From the NCBI GenBank assembly GCA_021819435.1, contig JAKARB010000014.1, positions 19,085 through 83,084 on the forward strand: a DNA stretch of 64,000 nucleotides, read 5' to 3'. The position numbers and the translations under genes are program-made. This stretch comes from Pseudomonadota bacterium. Its GTDB lineage: Bacteria > Pseudomonadota > Gammaproteobacteria > Burkholderiales > Burkholderiaceae_C. Positions 39,310 through 50,205 of the stretch are shown in pieces (the first letter of the stretch is position 1; every line of letters begins with the position of its first letter). The notes beneath the pieces were generated by a model. It saw nothing but the letters and a program-made list of their open reading frames with translations. It was not told where the DNA came from and ran no database searches.

Positions 39310-40875
39310 TCAGCCCTGCGCCAGCCGGAACACGCTGACCATCTCGGCCATGCGCTGCGCCTGGGTGCGCAGGCTCTCGGCGGCGGCGGCGCTTTCTTCA
39401 ACCAGCGCGGCGTTCTGCTGCGTCACCTGATCGAGCTGGGTGATGGCGTCACCCACCTGGCCCACCCCAGAGGCCTGCTGCGCCGAGGCATTAGAGATCT
39501 CGTCGATCATCTGGCTGACCTGGCGCACCTTGGCCACGATGTCGCCAATGGAGCCACCGGCCTCGTCGGCCTGCTGTTCGCCCAGGCGCACTTTTTCCAC
39601 GCTGGCGTGAATCAGTGTGCGGATCTCGCGGGCGGCTTCAGCCGAGCGTTGTGCGAGCGTGCGCACCTCGCCGGCCACCACAGCGAAGCCTCGCCCTTGC
39701 TCGCCGGCCCGCGCGGCTTCCACAGCCGCGTTGAGCGCCAGGATATTGGTCTGGAAGGCGATGCCGTCGATCACGCCAATGATCTCGGAGATCTTGCTCG
39801 AAGCCTGTGAGATGTCCTTCATCGTCGAGACGAGGTTGCCCATCGTCTGACCACCACGCTCGGCGGCTGAGGCGGCGGTGCCGGCCAGCTGGCTGGCCTG
39901 GACGGCGGTGTCGGCGTTGTTTTGCACGGTGCCCGAGATCTGTTCCATCGACGCGGCCGTCTGTTGCAGGTTGCTGGCCTGCTCTTCGGTGCGCTGGCTC
40001 AGGTCGGCGTTGCCGGTGGCGATCTGCGACGAGCCGGTGGCGATGCTTTCGCTGCTGTGGCGCACCTGGCCGACGATGTCAGCCAGTTTGGTCTGCATGT
40101 CAGACAAGGAAGCCAAAACGCTGCCGGCAGGCGCCTGGCGTGCGTTCTCGATGGGGTGCAGGTCGCCGTCGGCCACGCGTTGCGCGATGGCGCCCAGCTC
40201 GCCTGGCTCGCCCCCGAGGGCGCGGCGCAGGTTGCGCGATATGAACCATGTCACGCCCGCGCCCAGCACAGCCATCAGAACGCCGAGCGTGGCCATGGCC
40301 GCAACGCCAGCACTGGACATGGCGTGCGAATCCTTGACCAAGGCCTGGCTGGCTTCCTGCTGCATCGCAATGGAGTCATCCACCGCCTGGAAGAGGATCT
40401 GCCGCTTTTGCTTGGCCATCACCATCAAGACGGGCACGGCCTGTTCGGTTTGTTCCTGGCTGTCGAGCTCAAGGGCCTGATCGATGAGCTGGTTGTAAGC
40501 AGGCCGGGTGTCGTTGATCACCTTGAACAGCTCGCGCCCACGCGGGCTGACCACGAGTTTGTCGAGGTCGGCCAGCAGCTCGGTGTTGCGAGCACGCAGT
40601 TTCTTGATGTGAGCGCGCGCCTCTTCCTCGAAACCCAGGTCGTCCGACAGCAGGATGTCGCGGGCCGCCGTGGCGATCACGTTGAGGTTGTCTTTGAGTT
40701 CACCGAACTTGGCCACCTTGACCATGCGGTCGTTCGAAATGGTGTCGAGGCGACGCCCCATGTCCTCCATGATCCAGACCGCGACGGCGGCGATCAGCAG
40801 GCCAATGAGGGTGATGCCGCCAAAGCCCAGGGCCAGGCGCTTTGAGACGGTCAGGTTCGATGAGACGGTCTTCAC
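39310..40875 (-). CDS. Methyl-accepting chemotaxis protein (4HB sensor)
   Basis: Two TM helices; [30 protein letters not shown]; GTG start with AGGAG RBS. Confidence 0.95.
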   Translation of the reverse strand: MKTVSSNLTVSKRLALGFGGITLIGLLIAAVAVWIMEDMGRRLDTISNDRMVKVAKFGELKDNLNVIATAARDILLSDDLGFEEEARAHIKKLRARNTELLADLDKLVVSPRGRELFKVINDTRPAYNQLIDQALELDSQEQTEQAVPVLMVMAKQKRQILFQAVDDSIAMQQEASQALVKDSHAMSSAGVAAMATLGVLMAVLGAGVTWFISRNLRRALGGEPGELGAIAQRVADGDLHPIENARQAPAGSVLASLSDMQTKLADIVGQVRHSSESIATGSSQIATGNADLSQRTEEQASNLQQTAASMEQISGTVQNNADTAVQASQLAGTAASAAERGGQTMGNLVSTMKDISQASSKISEIIGVIDGIAFQTNILALNAAVEAARAGEQGRGFAVVAGEVRTLAQRSAEAAREIRTLIHASVEKVRLGEQQADEAGGSIGDIVAKVRQVSQMIDEISNASAQQASGVGQVGDAITQLDQVTQQNAALVEESAAAAESLRTQAQRMAEMVSVFRLAQG

Positions 40876-40995
40876 GAGAAGATCTCCTAGGACGGGCCCG
40901 CCCCGATACACAGAGACGCGCATGAATTGTCTTGGGAGTATCGACCCGTGTCTCAATTCCTTGAGATATTGCGCGCCCCTGCTGCGTGAGAAGGG

Positions 40996-41238
40996 TCACG
41001 CGCCGCCTAACCGATGCCTTTCGTAACAGCAGGCCTGGAGGCCCATCGCCTGGATGACAACTTCCTGCGGCACCGAGGCCACGTGACCGCAACCGGGGCT
41101 CAGCACGTGGTCGACCATGTCGCCTTCGCGGGTCAGCCACAGGCTGCCCTCGCGCACGACCAGGGCCTCTCCCCGGCGCAAGGCCAGGCGGACAACCTGA
41201 CCAGCAGGCAGTTGGGTCGGTGTGGCGATGGACGACAT
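40996..41238 (-). CDS. DUF2917 domain protein
   Basis: VVREGSLWLTREGDMVDHVLSPG motif; divergent from the MocR regulator. Confidence 0.85.
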   Translation of the reverse strand: MSSIATPTQLPAGQVVRLALRRGEALVVREGSLWLTREGDMVDHVLSPGCGHVASVPQEVVIQAMGLQACCYERHRLGGA

Positions 41239-41351
41239 GGGGGCCTCCGTTGTTCGGGTTCGGTCGGGTCCCCAAGTTAGGCCGCGACTGCACACCCCGA
41301 CAGCCACAGTCAGGCGCAGGCCATTCCCGCACAGACGGCCCGGCGCGCGGA

Positions 41352-41390
41352 CTGTGCCGGTCATGTGCGCGGCCATCTGTGCTGGTCATG
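41352..41390. promoter_or_regulatory. Direct repeat CTGTGCYGGTCATG x2, candidate MocR binding site
   Basis: Copies at 41352 and 41377 in the DUF2917/MocR intergenic region. Confidence 0.5.
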
Positions 41391-41428
41391 AAGCCGCCAT
41401 TCCATACAGAATGAGCTGGATGATGCCC

Positions 41429-42883
41429 ATGCAGACCCACGCCGACGCCCCCGACACCCTCTACCTGCGCATCGCCGACGCCATGGCGCGGCAGATCCGC
41501 ACCGGCACGCTCTCGCGCGGCGAGCGCATCCCCTCGGTGCGCAACCTGGCGCATCAGCATGGGGTCTCGCAGTCGACCGTCGTGCAGGCCTACCGCACGC
41601 TCGAAGACGCCCGCCTGATCGAAGCCCGCCCCCGCTCGGGCTACTTCGTCGCGGCGCGCCCGCCCCAGTTGCCCGAGCCCGACACCTCGCGCCCGCCCAA
41701 GCGCTCGGTCAGCGTCGGCATCAGCGCCATGGCCGGCAAGATGATGAGCCTGGCCCACCACCCCGACTACGTCTCGTTCGGCGCGGCCTGCCCGGATGCC
41801 GCGCTGTTCGCCCAGGAGCGCGTGCGCCGGGCCGTCAGCCGCGCCACCCAGCGCCACCGCGCCACGCTGTGCCAGTACCCCTTCGGCCCGGGCGACGAGT
41901 CGCTGCGCAAGGCCATCGCGCGCCACGCGCTGCGCATGGGCTGCCATGTCGACGCGGCCGACATCATCGTCACCAGCAGTTGCCTGGAGTCGATCACGCT
42001 GTGCCTGCGCACGGTGACCAAACCGGGCGACGTGGTGGCGCTGGAATCGCCCACCTACTACGGCTTCCTGGAGATCCTCGAAAGCCTGGGCCTGCGCGCG
42101 CTGGAGATCCCCACGCACCCGCGCACCGGCCTGTCGCTGGACGCGCTGCAACTGGCGCTCGACACCCAGCCCGTCAAGGCCATCCTGGTGGTGCCCACGC
42201 TGTCGAACCCGCTGGGGTCGAGCATGCCGCTGGCCGAGCGCAAGCGCCTGGCGCAGATGGTCGCGCGCCACCAGGTGCCGCTGATCGAAGACGTGCTCTA
42301 CAACGACCTGTGCGAAGACGACGACCGCCGCCGCGCGGTGCAGTCCTTCGACACGGGTGGGCAGGTGATGCTGTGCGGCTCGTTCAGCAAGACCATCGCA
42401 CCGGGCCTGCGCCTGGGCTGGATCGCCGCGCCCGGCCAGGGCGAGCGCCAGCAGCGCCTGCAACGCATGAAGGCCGCCACGTCAGGCAGTGAAACGGTGA
42501 TGCTGCAACGCGCCCTGGCCGACCTGCTGACCCAGCCGGGCATCGAGGCCGGCTACCGGCAGTTGCGCGCCGTGGTGGCCGCGCGCATGGACGAGGCCCG
42601 CGCCCTGATCTCGCGCCACTTCCCCAAGGGCACGCGCATGACCTCGCCTTCGGGCGGCTTCATCCTGTGGCTGGAGTTGCCCGGCGAGGTCGACACCGTC
42701 GAGCTTTTTCACACCTGCCTGGAAGAGCACATCTGCATCGCCCCGGGCAGCCTGTTCAGCACCAACGACCGCTTCAAGCGCTGCATGCGCCTGGGCCTGG
42801 GCGGCAAGTGGGGCGAGGCCGAGCGCCGCGCCCTGGCCCGCGTGGGCAAGCTGGCGGGCGAGCTGATGGAGACCGGGCGCTGA
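41429..42883 (+). CDS. MocR/GabR family regulator (GntR HTH + PLP aminotransferase domain)
   Basis: IPSVRNLA..HGVSQSTVVQAY..LE, CGSFSKTIAPGLRLGW. Confidence 0.93.
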   Translation: MQTHADAPDTLYLRIADAMARQIRTGTLSRGERIPSVRNLAHQHGVSQSTVVQAYRTLEDARLIEARPRSGYFVAARPPQLPEPDTSRPPKRSVSVGISAMAGKMMSLAHHPDYVSFGAACPDAALFAQERVRRAVSRATQRHRATLCQYPFGPGDESLRKAIARHALRMGCHVDAADIIVTSSCLESITLCLRTVTKPGDVVALESPTYYGFLEILESLGLRALEIPTHPRTGLSLDALQLALDTQPVKAILVVPTLSNPLGSSMPLAERKRLAQMVARHQVPLIEDVLYNDLCEDDDRRRAVQSFDTGGQVMLCGSFSKTIAPGLRLGWIAAPGQGERQQRLQRMKAATSGSETVMLQRALADLLTQPGIEAGYRQLRAVVAARMDEARALISRHFPKGTRMTSPSGGFILWLELPGEVDTVELFHTCLEEHICIAPGSLFSTNDRFKRCMRLGLGGKWGEAERRALARVGKLAGELMETGR

Positions 42884-42930
42884 AGCTTGCCCCGGCGCGG
42901 AACGCGGTTGAGTCGGGGTTCGGTCGGGGC

Positions 42931-43968
42931 TCAGTGCCCGTGGTCGTGCCCGCGGTCGTGATCGTGAGTGCCTTCGCCTGCGCTGACAGCGTCACCACCA
43001 CCGTCGCCGTCTGGCGCGCGGCGTGCCAAGGCCTCGTCGCCCCGGCCCCAGAAGCCCAGCTCAAGCGGATCGGCCTCGTTCAGGCCCGAGCGCGACGGCG
43101 CGTCCCAGCGCTGCTCGGGCTTGGGCGCGCGCTCGTACAGCGGCATCACCTTGGGCAGGTTGGCCTGGATGTCGTGGATGCGGGTGCCGCTCGACGGGTG
43201 GGTGGACAAGAACTGCGGCGGTGCGCCCTTCGAGGCGGCGGCCATCTTCTGCCACAGCGAGATGCCGGCCTGCGGGTTGTAGCCCGCGCGCGCGGCCAGC
43301 TCCATGCCGACCAGGTCGGCCTCGGATTCGTCCTGACGGCTGAAGGTCAGGGTCAGCAACTGCCCACCCATGTTCAGCAGCGAATCGCCCAGGCCGCCCA
43401 GGCCCAGCAGGCCCGAGATCACGTTGGCGCCCAGGCGCGTTGCCGACTGCTTGCCGATGCGCTCGCGGGCGTGCTCGCGCAGCGCGTGCGCCATCTCGTG
43501 ACCCATGACCATCGCGACCTCGTCGTCCGTCAGCTTGAGCTGGTCGAGGATGCCGGTGTAGAAGGCGATCTTGCCGCCGGGCATGCAGAAGGCGTTGAGC
43601 TCTTTCGAGTTGATCACCATGACCTGCCACTGCCACTGGCTGGCGCGTTTGTTCCAGCTCAGGCTCTGCGGGATGATGCGCTTGGCGATGCTTCGCAGGC
43701 GGATCACCTGCGGGTGCTGGTCGGGTAACAGGGCGTTCTGCTGGCGGGCCTGCACGGCCATCTGCTGGTACTGCTGGGCGGCGGCCTGCTCAAGTTGCTC
43801 CGCAGGCACCAGACGCGCCAGGAAGGACTGCTTGTCGACCTCCACGCCCTCGCGGGCCCAGGCCTGGCTGGCGGGCACCGCCAGGTTCGCGGCCAGCGCC
43901 ACGCACAGGCCAGCGGCCAGGGTGCGCAGGGTGATTCGGGACGGGTTGGCAACAGCGTTCAGGGGCAT
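42931..43968 (-). CDS. M48 family metallopeptidase
   Basis: NAFCMPGGKI, GHEMAHALREH, ESEADLVG, FLSTHP; His-rich tail. Confidence 0.93.
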   Translation of the reverse strand: MPLNAVANPSRITLRTLAAGLCVALAANLAVPASQAWAREGVEVDKQSFLARLVPAEQLEQAAAQQYQQMAVQARQQNALLPDQHPQVIRLRSIAKRIIPQSLSWNKRASQWQWQVMVINSKELNAFCMPGGKIAFYTGILDQLKLTDDEVAMVMGHEMAHALREHARERIGKQSATRLGANVISGLLGLGGLGDSLLNMGGQLLTLTFSRQDESEADLVGMELAARAGYNPQAGISLWQKMAAASKGAPPQFLSTHPSSGTRIHDIQANLPKVMPLYERAPKPEQRWDAPSRSGLNEADPLELGFWGRGDEALARRAPDGDGGGDAVSAGEGTHDHDRGHDHGH

Positions 43969-44035
43969 GGCGGTGTGGATCGGGTCATGGGGCGTCGGAT
44001 GACGGCAGATGCCAGATGGCAGGCAGACAGCTTGT

Positions 44036-45562
44036 TCAACGCACGTCGTCGCGCGTCAGCATACGCCGCACCGCCGGCAACAGCGTGTAGGCCGGAAATG
44101 ACAGGAAAAAGGTCAGCAGGAAGAAGGCCGCGTAGCCCATCTGCTCCACCCCCAGGCCACCGGCCCAGCCCGCCACCGAACGCGAAAACGCGAAGATGGA
44201 CGACAGGATGGCGTATTCGGTGGTGGCGCGGCGCTTGTCGGTGATCCCCATGAGGAAGGCCAGGAAGGCGCCGGTGCCCAGCCCGCCGGTGAAGCTCTCC
44301 AGCGCACTGGCGGAGTAGACCAGCGCCTGGTTGCCCAAGCTCACCTCAGCCCCCGGCACGGCATGCGGCACCACCCAGGCGGCCACGGCGTAGCCCAGGT
44401 TCGAGAGCGCCTGGGCCAGGCCCAGCACCCACAGGCCCTTGAAGATGCCGGCGCGGTCCACGTACCAGCCGCCCGCCAGCCCGCCGGCGATCGACAGGCC
44501 CAGGCCCACGTTGACACTGACCAGGCCGATCTGCGCCGGGGTGAAGCCGGCATCAACCCAGAAAGGCTTGACCATGAAGCCCATGGCCGCGTCGCCCAGT
44601 TTGAACAGCAGGATAAAAAGCAGCACGGCGAGCATGCCCGGGCGCGCCAGCAGCGCCACCCAGGCACCGAACACCGGCCCATCGGCCAGGCGCGAGGCCT
44701 GCGGGCCCCGGGCGGCCACCACCATCAGGCTGGCGCCCAGCAGCATCAGGCCCACCGGCACGGCGCCCTTGAACCACCAGGTGCCGCTCACCGCCTGCAC
44801 CGCAGCCCACGACATCGCCTTGCCGAGCGGCCCCAGCACCGGCCACAGCAGGCCCGCCAGCACCAGGCCCAGAGCCAGCAGCCACAGGGGCTGGCTGCGC
44901 AGGATCTGCCATTCGACGACGGCCGCCGTCGCGGTCACCGGGGCGCGTGGCGGCTGAGCCGGTGCCATCAGGATCAACACGGCGTTGACCACCATCAGCG
45001 CGCCACCCACCGCGTACGCGGCCGACCAGGCCGGCTGGCCGGGCGTGCCCCACCAGCCGGCCACCACCAGCAAGCCCCCTGCTGTGAGCATGCCGCCCCG
45101 GTAAAAGCCGATGCGCAGGCCGTTGGCCACGCCGTACTGGCCCTTGCTCAGCAGCTCGATGGTGTAGCCGTCGGTGGCGATGTCGTTGGTGGCCGACAGC
45201 ATGGTGAATGCAGCCAGCAGCGCCCACGGCCAGGTCGCGCCCTGCCCCAAGGCTTCGGGGCGGGTGGCCAGCATCCACAGCACGGCGGCCATGCCCAGGT
45301 TCGCCACGGCAATCCAGCGGCGGTGATGCCGCCAGGCGTCCACCAGCGGCGCCCACAGGAACTTCACCGTCCAGGCCAGGCCCAGCAGGCTCAGCAGGCC
45401 AATCTCGGCCGGCCCCACCCCCGCCTGGCGCATGTGCACCGGGAAGAGGTCATAAAACACCCCGAGCGGCAGCCCTTCGGAGAAGTAGAGCAAGGCCACC
45501 CAGAACATCGGATGACGGGTGACGGAGGGCGGCGCCGAAGAGGCGGGCAAAGGGGCAGACAT
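44036..45562 (-). CDS. ampG: AmpG-like MFS (muropeptide) transporter
   Basis: LYFSEGLP, KFLWAPLVD, SATNDIATDG, KLGD, ATEYAILSS. Confidence 0.8.
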   Translation of the reverse strand: MSAPLPASSAPPSVTRHPMFWVALLYFSEGLPLGVFYDLFPVHMRQAGVGPAEIGLLSLLGLAWTVKFLWAPLVDAWRHHRRWIAVANLGMAAVLWMLATRPEALGQGATWPWALLAAFTMLSATNDIATDGYTIELLSKGQYGVANGLRIGFYRGGMLTAGGLLVVAGWWGTPGQPAWSAAYAVGGALMVVNAVLILMAPAQPPRAPVTATAAVVEWQILRSQPLWLLALGLVLAGLLWPVLGPLGKAMSWAAVQAVSGTWWFKGAVPVGLMLLGASLMVVAARGPQASRLADGPVFGAWVALLARPGMLAVLLFILLFKLGDAAMGFMVKPFWVDAGFTPAQIGLVSVNVGLGLSIAGGLAGGWYVDRAGIFKGLWVLGLAQALSNLGYAVAAWVVPHAVPGAEVSLGNQALVYSASALESFTGGLGTGAFLAFLMGITDKRRATTEYAILSSIFAFSRSVAGWAGGLGVEQMGYAAFFLLTFFLSFPAYTLLPAVRRMLTRDDVR

Positions 45563-45726
45563 GGCGCGGATTGTAGGAACCCCCCGCGCAAACCATCGCA
45601 AACAGCCCCAGAAGCACGACTTATTCGCGCGTTTTCACTTCAGGGCGCCGGCCATCATGCCGATAGCCTCACGGTGAAGGGCACGCCACACGCTTGGCGT
45701 GTTCATGCCCCTCCGCAGGAGCCAAG

Positions 45727-47622
45727 ATGAAATTTCGCACCAAAATCTGGATGTTGCCGATCAGCGCCGCCGCCGTCTTCCTGGTCGGCGCGGCCATCAG
45801 CCTCGTGGTCGGAGAACGCACCTCGAGCGTCCTGGAGCGCCTGCACAGGATCGACAACATCCAGCTGACCAGCCTCCAGACCGTGGACCGCAGCGTCGAG
45901 CAATTGCGCCTGACCTTGCAAACCGCTGCCGCCGAAGGCGATGTCGCCAAGCTCAAGGACACCGACGCCATGGTGTCAGCGGCCAAGAAGGCCCTCACCG
46001 ACATGGGCCAGTTGCCCGAGAAGGCCCCGATCGCCAAGGCCATCGGCGAGGCTTTCGAGGCCTACCAGACTTCCGCCATCGGTGCCACGCGCGCCCTGCT
46101 GACCCAGCAGCCCTCGGGCGACCAGGCCGCCAAGGCTCGCGCCTCGCTGCAAGACCTCGACAAGCTGCTCAACCAACACCAAGCCAGCGCCAGGGTCGCC
46201 ATCGACGAGGCGCAAGCCGCCGCCAGCGCCGGCGTGAACACGAACCTGTGGGTGACCGTGCTGACCGGCGTCATCGTGCTGGGCATCCTGGGTGCCGGCT
46301 CGGCGGCCATCGTCGCCTCGGTCTGGAAGGACCTGGGCGACGAGCCAGCCACCTTGCGCGACCTCGTCGGCCGCATCTCGGACGGTCACCTCGACATGAC
46401 CCTGCATCACCAGGCGGGCGACACCGATTCGCTGCGCGCCTCGGTGGTGAGCATGACGCACAAGCTGCGCGACACCATCTCGGTGATCCGCCATGCGACC
46501 GACTCGATCTCGACGGCCTCCAGCGAAATCGCCTCGGGCAACCAGGACCTGAGCCAGCGCACCGAACACACCGCCTCCAACCTGCAGCAGACCGCCAGCT
46601 CGATGGAGCAGCTCACCGGCACCGTGCTGCAAAGCGCCGACGCCGCCCGCCAGGCCAACCAGCTCGCATCGGGCGCCGCCACGGCAGCCCAGCGCGGCGA
46701 GCAGATCGTCTCGCAGGTGGTGGCCAACATGGCCGAGATCAACAACGCCAGCCGCAAGATCACCGACATCATCACCGTGATCGACGGCATCGCCTTCCAG
46801 ACCAACATCCTGGCTTTGAACGCGGCCGTGGAAGCCGCCCGCGCGGGTGAGCAAGGCCGTGGCTTCGCCGTGGTGGCCGGCGAAGTGCGCACGCTGGCCC
46901 AGCGTTCGGCCAACGCCGCCAAGGAAATCAAGACGCTGATCAACGCTTCGAGCGAGAAGGTCGAGTCCGGCTCGAAGCTGGTGCAGGACGCCGGCTCGTC
47001 GATGGTCGAGATCCTGACCAGCGTGCAGCGAGTGTCGGACATCATCGGCGAGATCAGCGCCGCTTCTTCCGAGCAAAGCGAAGGCATCGGCACCGTCAAC
47101 CAGTCGGTCAACCAGCTCGATCAGATGACGCAGCAGAACGCCGCGCTGGTGGAAGAGTCAGCCGCCGCCGCCGAAAGCCTCAAGGAACAGGCCACACGCC
47201 TGGCCTCTGCCGTGTCGGCCTTCAAGCTGGGGGCGCAGAAGGTGCAGGCCGAGCCGGTGCTGACGCCGGTCAAGGCGATCCCCTCGCCGTCGCTGGCACA
47301 TGGCGGCGCGTCTGGCGCTTCCGGTGCGTCGGGTTCATCCAGTTCTGCTTCGAACTTCGCGCCGAGCACGCCAGCGCCCAAGGCCCTGACCACCTCCACC
47401 CCCGTGGCACTGGTGGCGGCCGTGGCAGCGGCTTCGGCCAAGCCCGCAGCCGAGAGCAAGCCGATGGCCCGCCCCAGCCTGCCCAAGCCGGCCACCACGG
47501 CCAAGGCCCCGAGCAAGCCGGTGCCGACCAAGGCTGCCGCGCCCATGAGCACGCCGCAAGCCGCCGCCAGCTTCACGCCCGCGACGACAGCCGCTGACGA
47601 TGGCGATTGGGAGACCTTCTGA
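45727..47622 (+). CDS. Methyl-accepting chemotaxis protein with long flexible tail and C-terminal pentapeptide
   Basis: MCP signalling motif; Ala/Pro/Ser/Lys-rich linker ending DWETF. Confidence 0.95.
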   Translation: MKFRTKIWMLPISAAAVFLVGAAISLVVGERTSSVLERLHRIDNIQLTSLQTVDRSVEQLRLTLQTAAAEGDVAKLKDTDAMVSAAKKALTDMGQLPEKAPIAKAIGEAFEAYQTSAIGATRALLTQQPSGDQAAKARASLQDLDKLLNQHQASARVAIDEAQAAASAGVNTNLWVTVLTGVIVLGILGAGSAAIVASVWKDLGDEPATLRDLVGRISDGHLDMTLHHQAGDTDSLRASVVSMTHKLRDTISVIRHATDSISTASSEIASGNQDLSQRTEHTASNLQQTASSMEQLTGTVLQSADAARQANQLASGAATAAQRGEQIVSQVVANMAEINNASRKITDIITVIDGIAFQTNILALNAAVEAARAGEQGRGFAVVAGEVRTLAQRSANAAKEIKTLINASSEKVESGSKLVQDAGSSMVEILTSVQRVSDIIGEISAASSEQSEGIGTVNQSVNQLDQMTQQNAALVEESAAAAESLKEQATRLASAVSAFKLGAQKVQAEPVLTPVKAIPSPSLAHGGASGASGASGSSSSASNFAPSTPAPKALTTSTPVALVAAVAAASAKPAAESKPMARPSLPKPATTAKAPSKPVPTKAAAPMSTPQAAASFTPATTAADDGDWETF

Positions 47623-47656
47623 GGCTTTCTTAGCCGCTGATCCCGCCCTCCCTGCG

Positions 47657-47697
47657 AGTCCGCGAACGCCCGCCCGGGCTTCGCGGACTTTTGTTTT
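47657..47697 (+). terminator. Rho-independent terminator
   Basis: AGTCCGCGAA / TTCGCGGACT stem followed by TTTGTTTT. Confidence 0.8.
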
Positions 47698-47861
47698 GCC
47701 GGGTCGCTCCAGGCCGGGTGCGACCGAATTTCTCATGAGCCAAAAGACCGAATCGAGGGGGCCAATGGCCTGCGAATGGGTGCTACGCTGCCCGTTTGAT
47801 CTGCTGCCGTTAAACACCGCTGCGTACCCCCTGCCGCGCACCGCCGCGACACGATTGCGCC

Positions 47862-48716
47862 ATGCCACACGCTGCCCCTTCATCCGGTCACGCCTCACCC
47901 TCCCTCCGGTTCGCCGCCAACCTGTCATGGCTGTACACCGACCTGCCCTTCCTGGACCGCTTCGAGGCCGCTGCCCGAGACGGCTTCAAAGGCGTGGAGT
48001 GCCTGTTCCCGCATGAGCACCCACGCGCCGAGGTGGCGGCCCGCCTGCGCGACCTGGGGCTCGAACTGGTGCTCTTCAACGCCAACCCGGGCGACTGGGC
48101 GAGCGGTGAGCGCGGCCTGGCTGGTGTGCCGGGGCGGGAAGCCGACTTCCGCGCCCACCTCGGCGCCGCGCTCGACCTCGCCGAGGCGCTGAATGCCCCC
48201 CGAGTGCACGTCATGGCCGGCCTGTGTGACGACGCCCCCGCCGCGCGCGCGCAGGCCTGGTCCACCTACGAAGCCAACCTGCGCTGGGCCGCAGCGCAGG
48301 CGCGCGCTGCCGGCCGCGTCCTCACCATCGAGGCCATCAACCCGCGCGACATGCCCGGCTACCTGCTGACCCGCTCAAGCGAAGCCCTCGCGCTGTTGGA
48401 AAACATCGACTCGCCCCACCTGCAGGTGCAGCTCGACCTCTACCATGCACAGATCGTCGAGGGTGACCTCACCATGCGACTGCGCCAGATGCTGCCCACC
48501 GGCCGCGTCGGCCACCTGCAGATCGCGGCCGTGCCCGACCGGGGCGAGCCGGATGCCGGTGAACTGCACTTCCCCTGGGTGTTCGAAGAACTGCGCCGGC
48601 TGAACTGGACCGGCTGGATCGGCTGTGAATACCGCCCGCGCGCCTCACCAAGCCGCCATGAACCAGGCCGCGCCACCTCGGCAGGCCTGGGTTGGTTGCG
48701 CCGCGCGAACCCTTGA
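47862..48716 (+). CDS. Hydroxypyruvate isomerase family (Hyi/OtnI) protein
   Basis: RFAANLSWLY, GFKGVECLFP, IEAINPRDMPGY, DLYHAQI, EPDAGEL. Confidence 0.92.
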   Translation: MPHAAPSSGHASPSLRFAANLSWLYTDLPFLDRFEAAARDGFKGVECLFPHEHPRAEVAARLRDLGLELVLFNANPGDWASGERGLAGVPGREADFRAHLGAALDLAEALNAPRVHVMAGLCDDAPAARAQAWSTYEANLRWAAAQARAAGRVLTIEAINPRDMPGYLLTRSSEALALLENIDSPHLQVQLDLYHAQIVEGDLTMRLRQMLPTGRVGHLQIAAVPDRGEPDAGELHFPWVFEELRRLNWTGWIGCEYRPRASPSRHEPGRATSAGLGWLRRANP

Positions 48717-48747
48717 ACCCGCCCCCACCATGACAGGAGTACACATC

Positions 48748-49617
48748 ATGATGGTCGATTTCCCCGCCACCGTCGCCACGCGCGACGGCCTGGCCCTGGT
48801 CACCCGACATTGGCCGCTGGCCGGTGCGCGCCCCGCGCCCGGCGTGGTGCTGCTCGTCCATGGCCTGGGCGAGCACATCGGTCGCTACGAGCACGTGGCG
48901 CACCACCTCAACCAGCATGGCTGGGCGGTCGTGGGGCACGACCACCGCGGCCACGGCCGCTCGCCAGGCAAGCGCGGTGCGCTGCGCGACCACCATGACC
49001 TGCTCCATGACCTGGCCGCCGTGGTCGACGCCACGCGCCAGGCCTACCCCACGCAGCCGCTGGTGCTGGTCGGCCACAGCCTGGGCGGGGCCATCGCCGC
49101 GCGCTTCGCGGCCGCCCTGGCCACGCCGGCGGAATCCACCCAGTGGACCCGCCACATCGATGGCCTGGTGCTGTCATCGCCCGCGCTGGCGATCCCCATC
49201 AGCCCCCTCCAGCGCCTGCTGCTGGCCACCATCGGTCAGCTCACGCCCGATGTGGCGGTCTCCAACGGGCTCCAGCCCGCGTGGATCTGCCACAACCCGG
49301 CCACCGTGGCCGCCTACCGGGCCGATCCCTTGGTGCATGATCGCGTCACCGGCCGCCTGACCTCCTGGCTGCTCGAAGCCGGACAGGTCGCGCGCCAACG
49401 CGCGGCGAGCTGGAGCGTGCCCACCCTCATCATGTGGGGTGGCGAAGACCGCTGTGTCGACCCCGCCGGCTCGGCTGCCTTCTCCGCCAGCGCCCCTCGC
49501 GATCGCGTCACCAGCCGCCCGTGGCCGCGCCTGTCCCACGAGATCTTCAACGAGGTCGAACAAGCCGACGTGCTGGCCGCCATGAGCGGCTGGCTGCAAT
49601 CGACCTTCCCCGCCTAG
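48748..49617 (+). CDS. Alpha/beta hydrolase (lysophospholipase / monoacylglycerol lipase-like)
   Basis: VHGLGEHIGRY, DHRGHGRS, GHSLGG, HEIFNE. Confidence 0.92.
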   Translation: MMVDFPATVATRDGLALVTRHWPLAGARPAPGVVLLVHGLGEHIGRYEHVAHHLNQHGWAVVGHDHRGHGRSPGKRGALRDHHDLLHDLAAVVDATRQAYPTQPLVLVGHSLGGAIAARFAAALATPAESTQWTRHIDGLVLSSPALAIPISPLQRLLLATIGQLTPDVAVSNGLQPAWICHNPATVAAYRADPLVHDRVTGRLTSWLLEAGQVARQRAASWSVPTLIMWGGEDRCVDPAGSAAFSASAPRDRVTSRPWPRLSHEIFNEVEQADVLAAMSGWLQSTFPA

Positions 49618-49631
49618 AAAACGAACACACC

Positions 49632-50186
49632 ATGGCCCTCAAAGCCACCATCCACAAGGCCAACATCCAGCTGGCCGACATGGACCGCAACGTCTACACC
49701 GACATCTCGGTGACCATCGCCCGCCACCCGTCCGAGAACGACGAGCGCATGATGATCCGCGTGCTCGCGCTGGTGCTGGGCTGGCCGCAAGACACCTCCG
49801 AAGGCACGCTGGAGCTGGCCAAGGACATGTGGGAGCCCGACGAGCCCGCCCTGTGGCAGAAGAACTTCTCCGACGAGATCCTGCACTGGGTGGAAGTGGG
49901 CCAGCCCGACGACAAACGCCTGATGAAGGCCAGCGGCCGCGCGCACCGGGTCAGCCTGTGGGCCTTCCAGTCGAGCACACCGATCTGGTGGGAGGGCATC
50001 GCCAACAAGCTCACCCGCGCCCACAACCTCACCGTCTGGCAGGTGCCCACCGAGCAGAGTCAGGCGCTGGCCACGCTGGCGCGCCGCAGCATCGCGCTGC
50101 AAGTCACGGTGCAGGACGGCACGGCCTGGGTCAACGATGGCGAGCAGACCGTGGAGGTCACGCCGGTGAGGCTGATGCCGGCCTGA
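49632..50186 (+). CDS. yaeQ: YaeQ family protein
   Basis: MALKATIHKA, DMDRNVY, ARHPSENDERMMIR, WVEVGQPD. Confidence 0.93.
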   Translation: MALKATIHKANIQLADMDRNVYTDISVTIARHPSENDERMMIRVLALVLGWPQDTSEGTLELAKDMWEPDEPALWQKNFSDEILHWVEVGQPDDKRLMKASGRAHRVSLWAFQSSTPIWWEGIANKLTRAHNLTVWQVPTEQSQALATLARRSIALQVTVQDGTAWVNDGEQTVEVTPVRLMPA

Positions 50187-50205
50187 AGGGCCGCACCAAC
50201 TTCAC

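Noticed and set aside
42931-43100. His-rich tail of the M48 peptidase as a novel metal module
   Set aside because: Short disordered His tails are common on exported proteins and there is no supporting context
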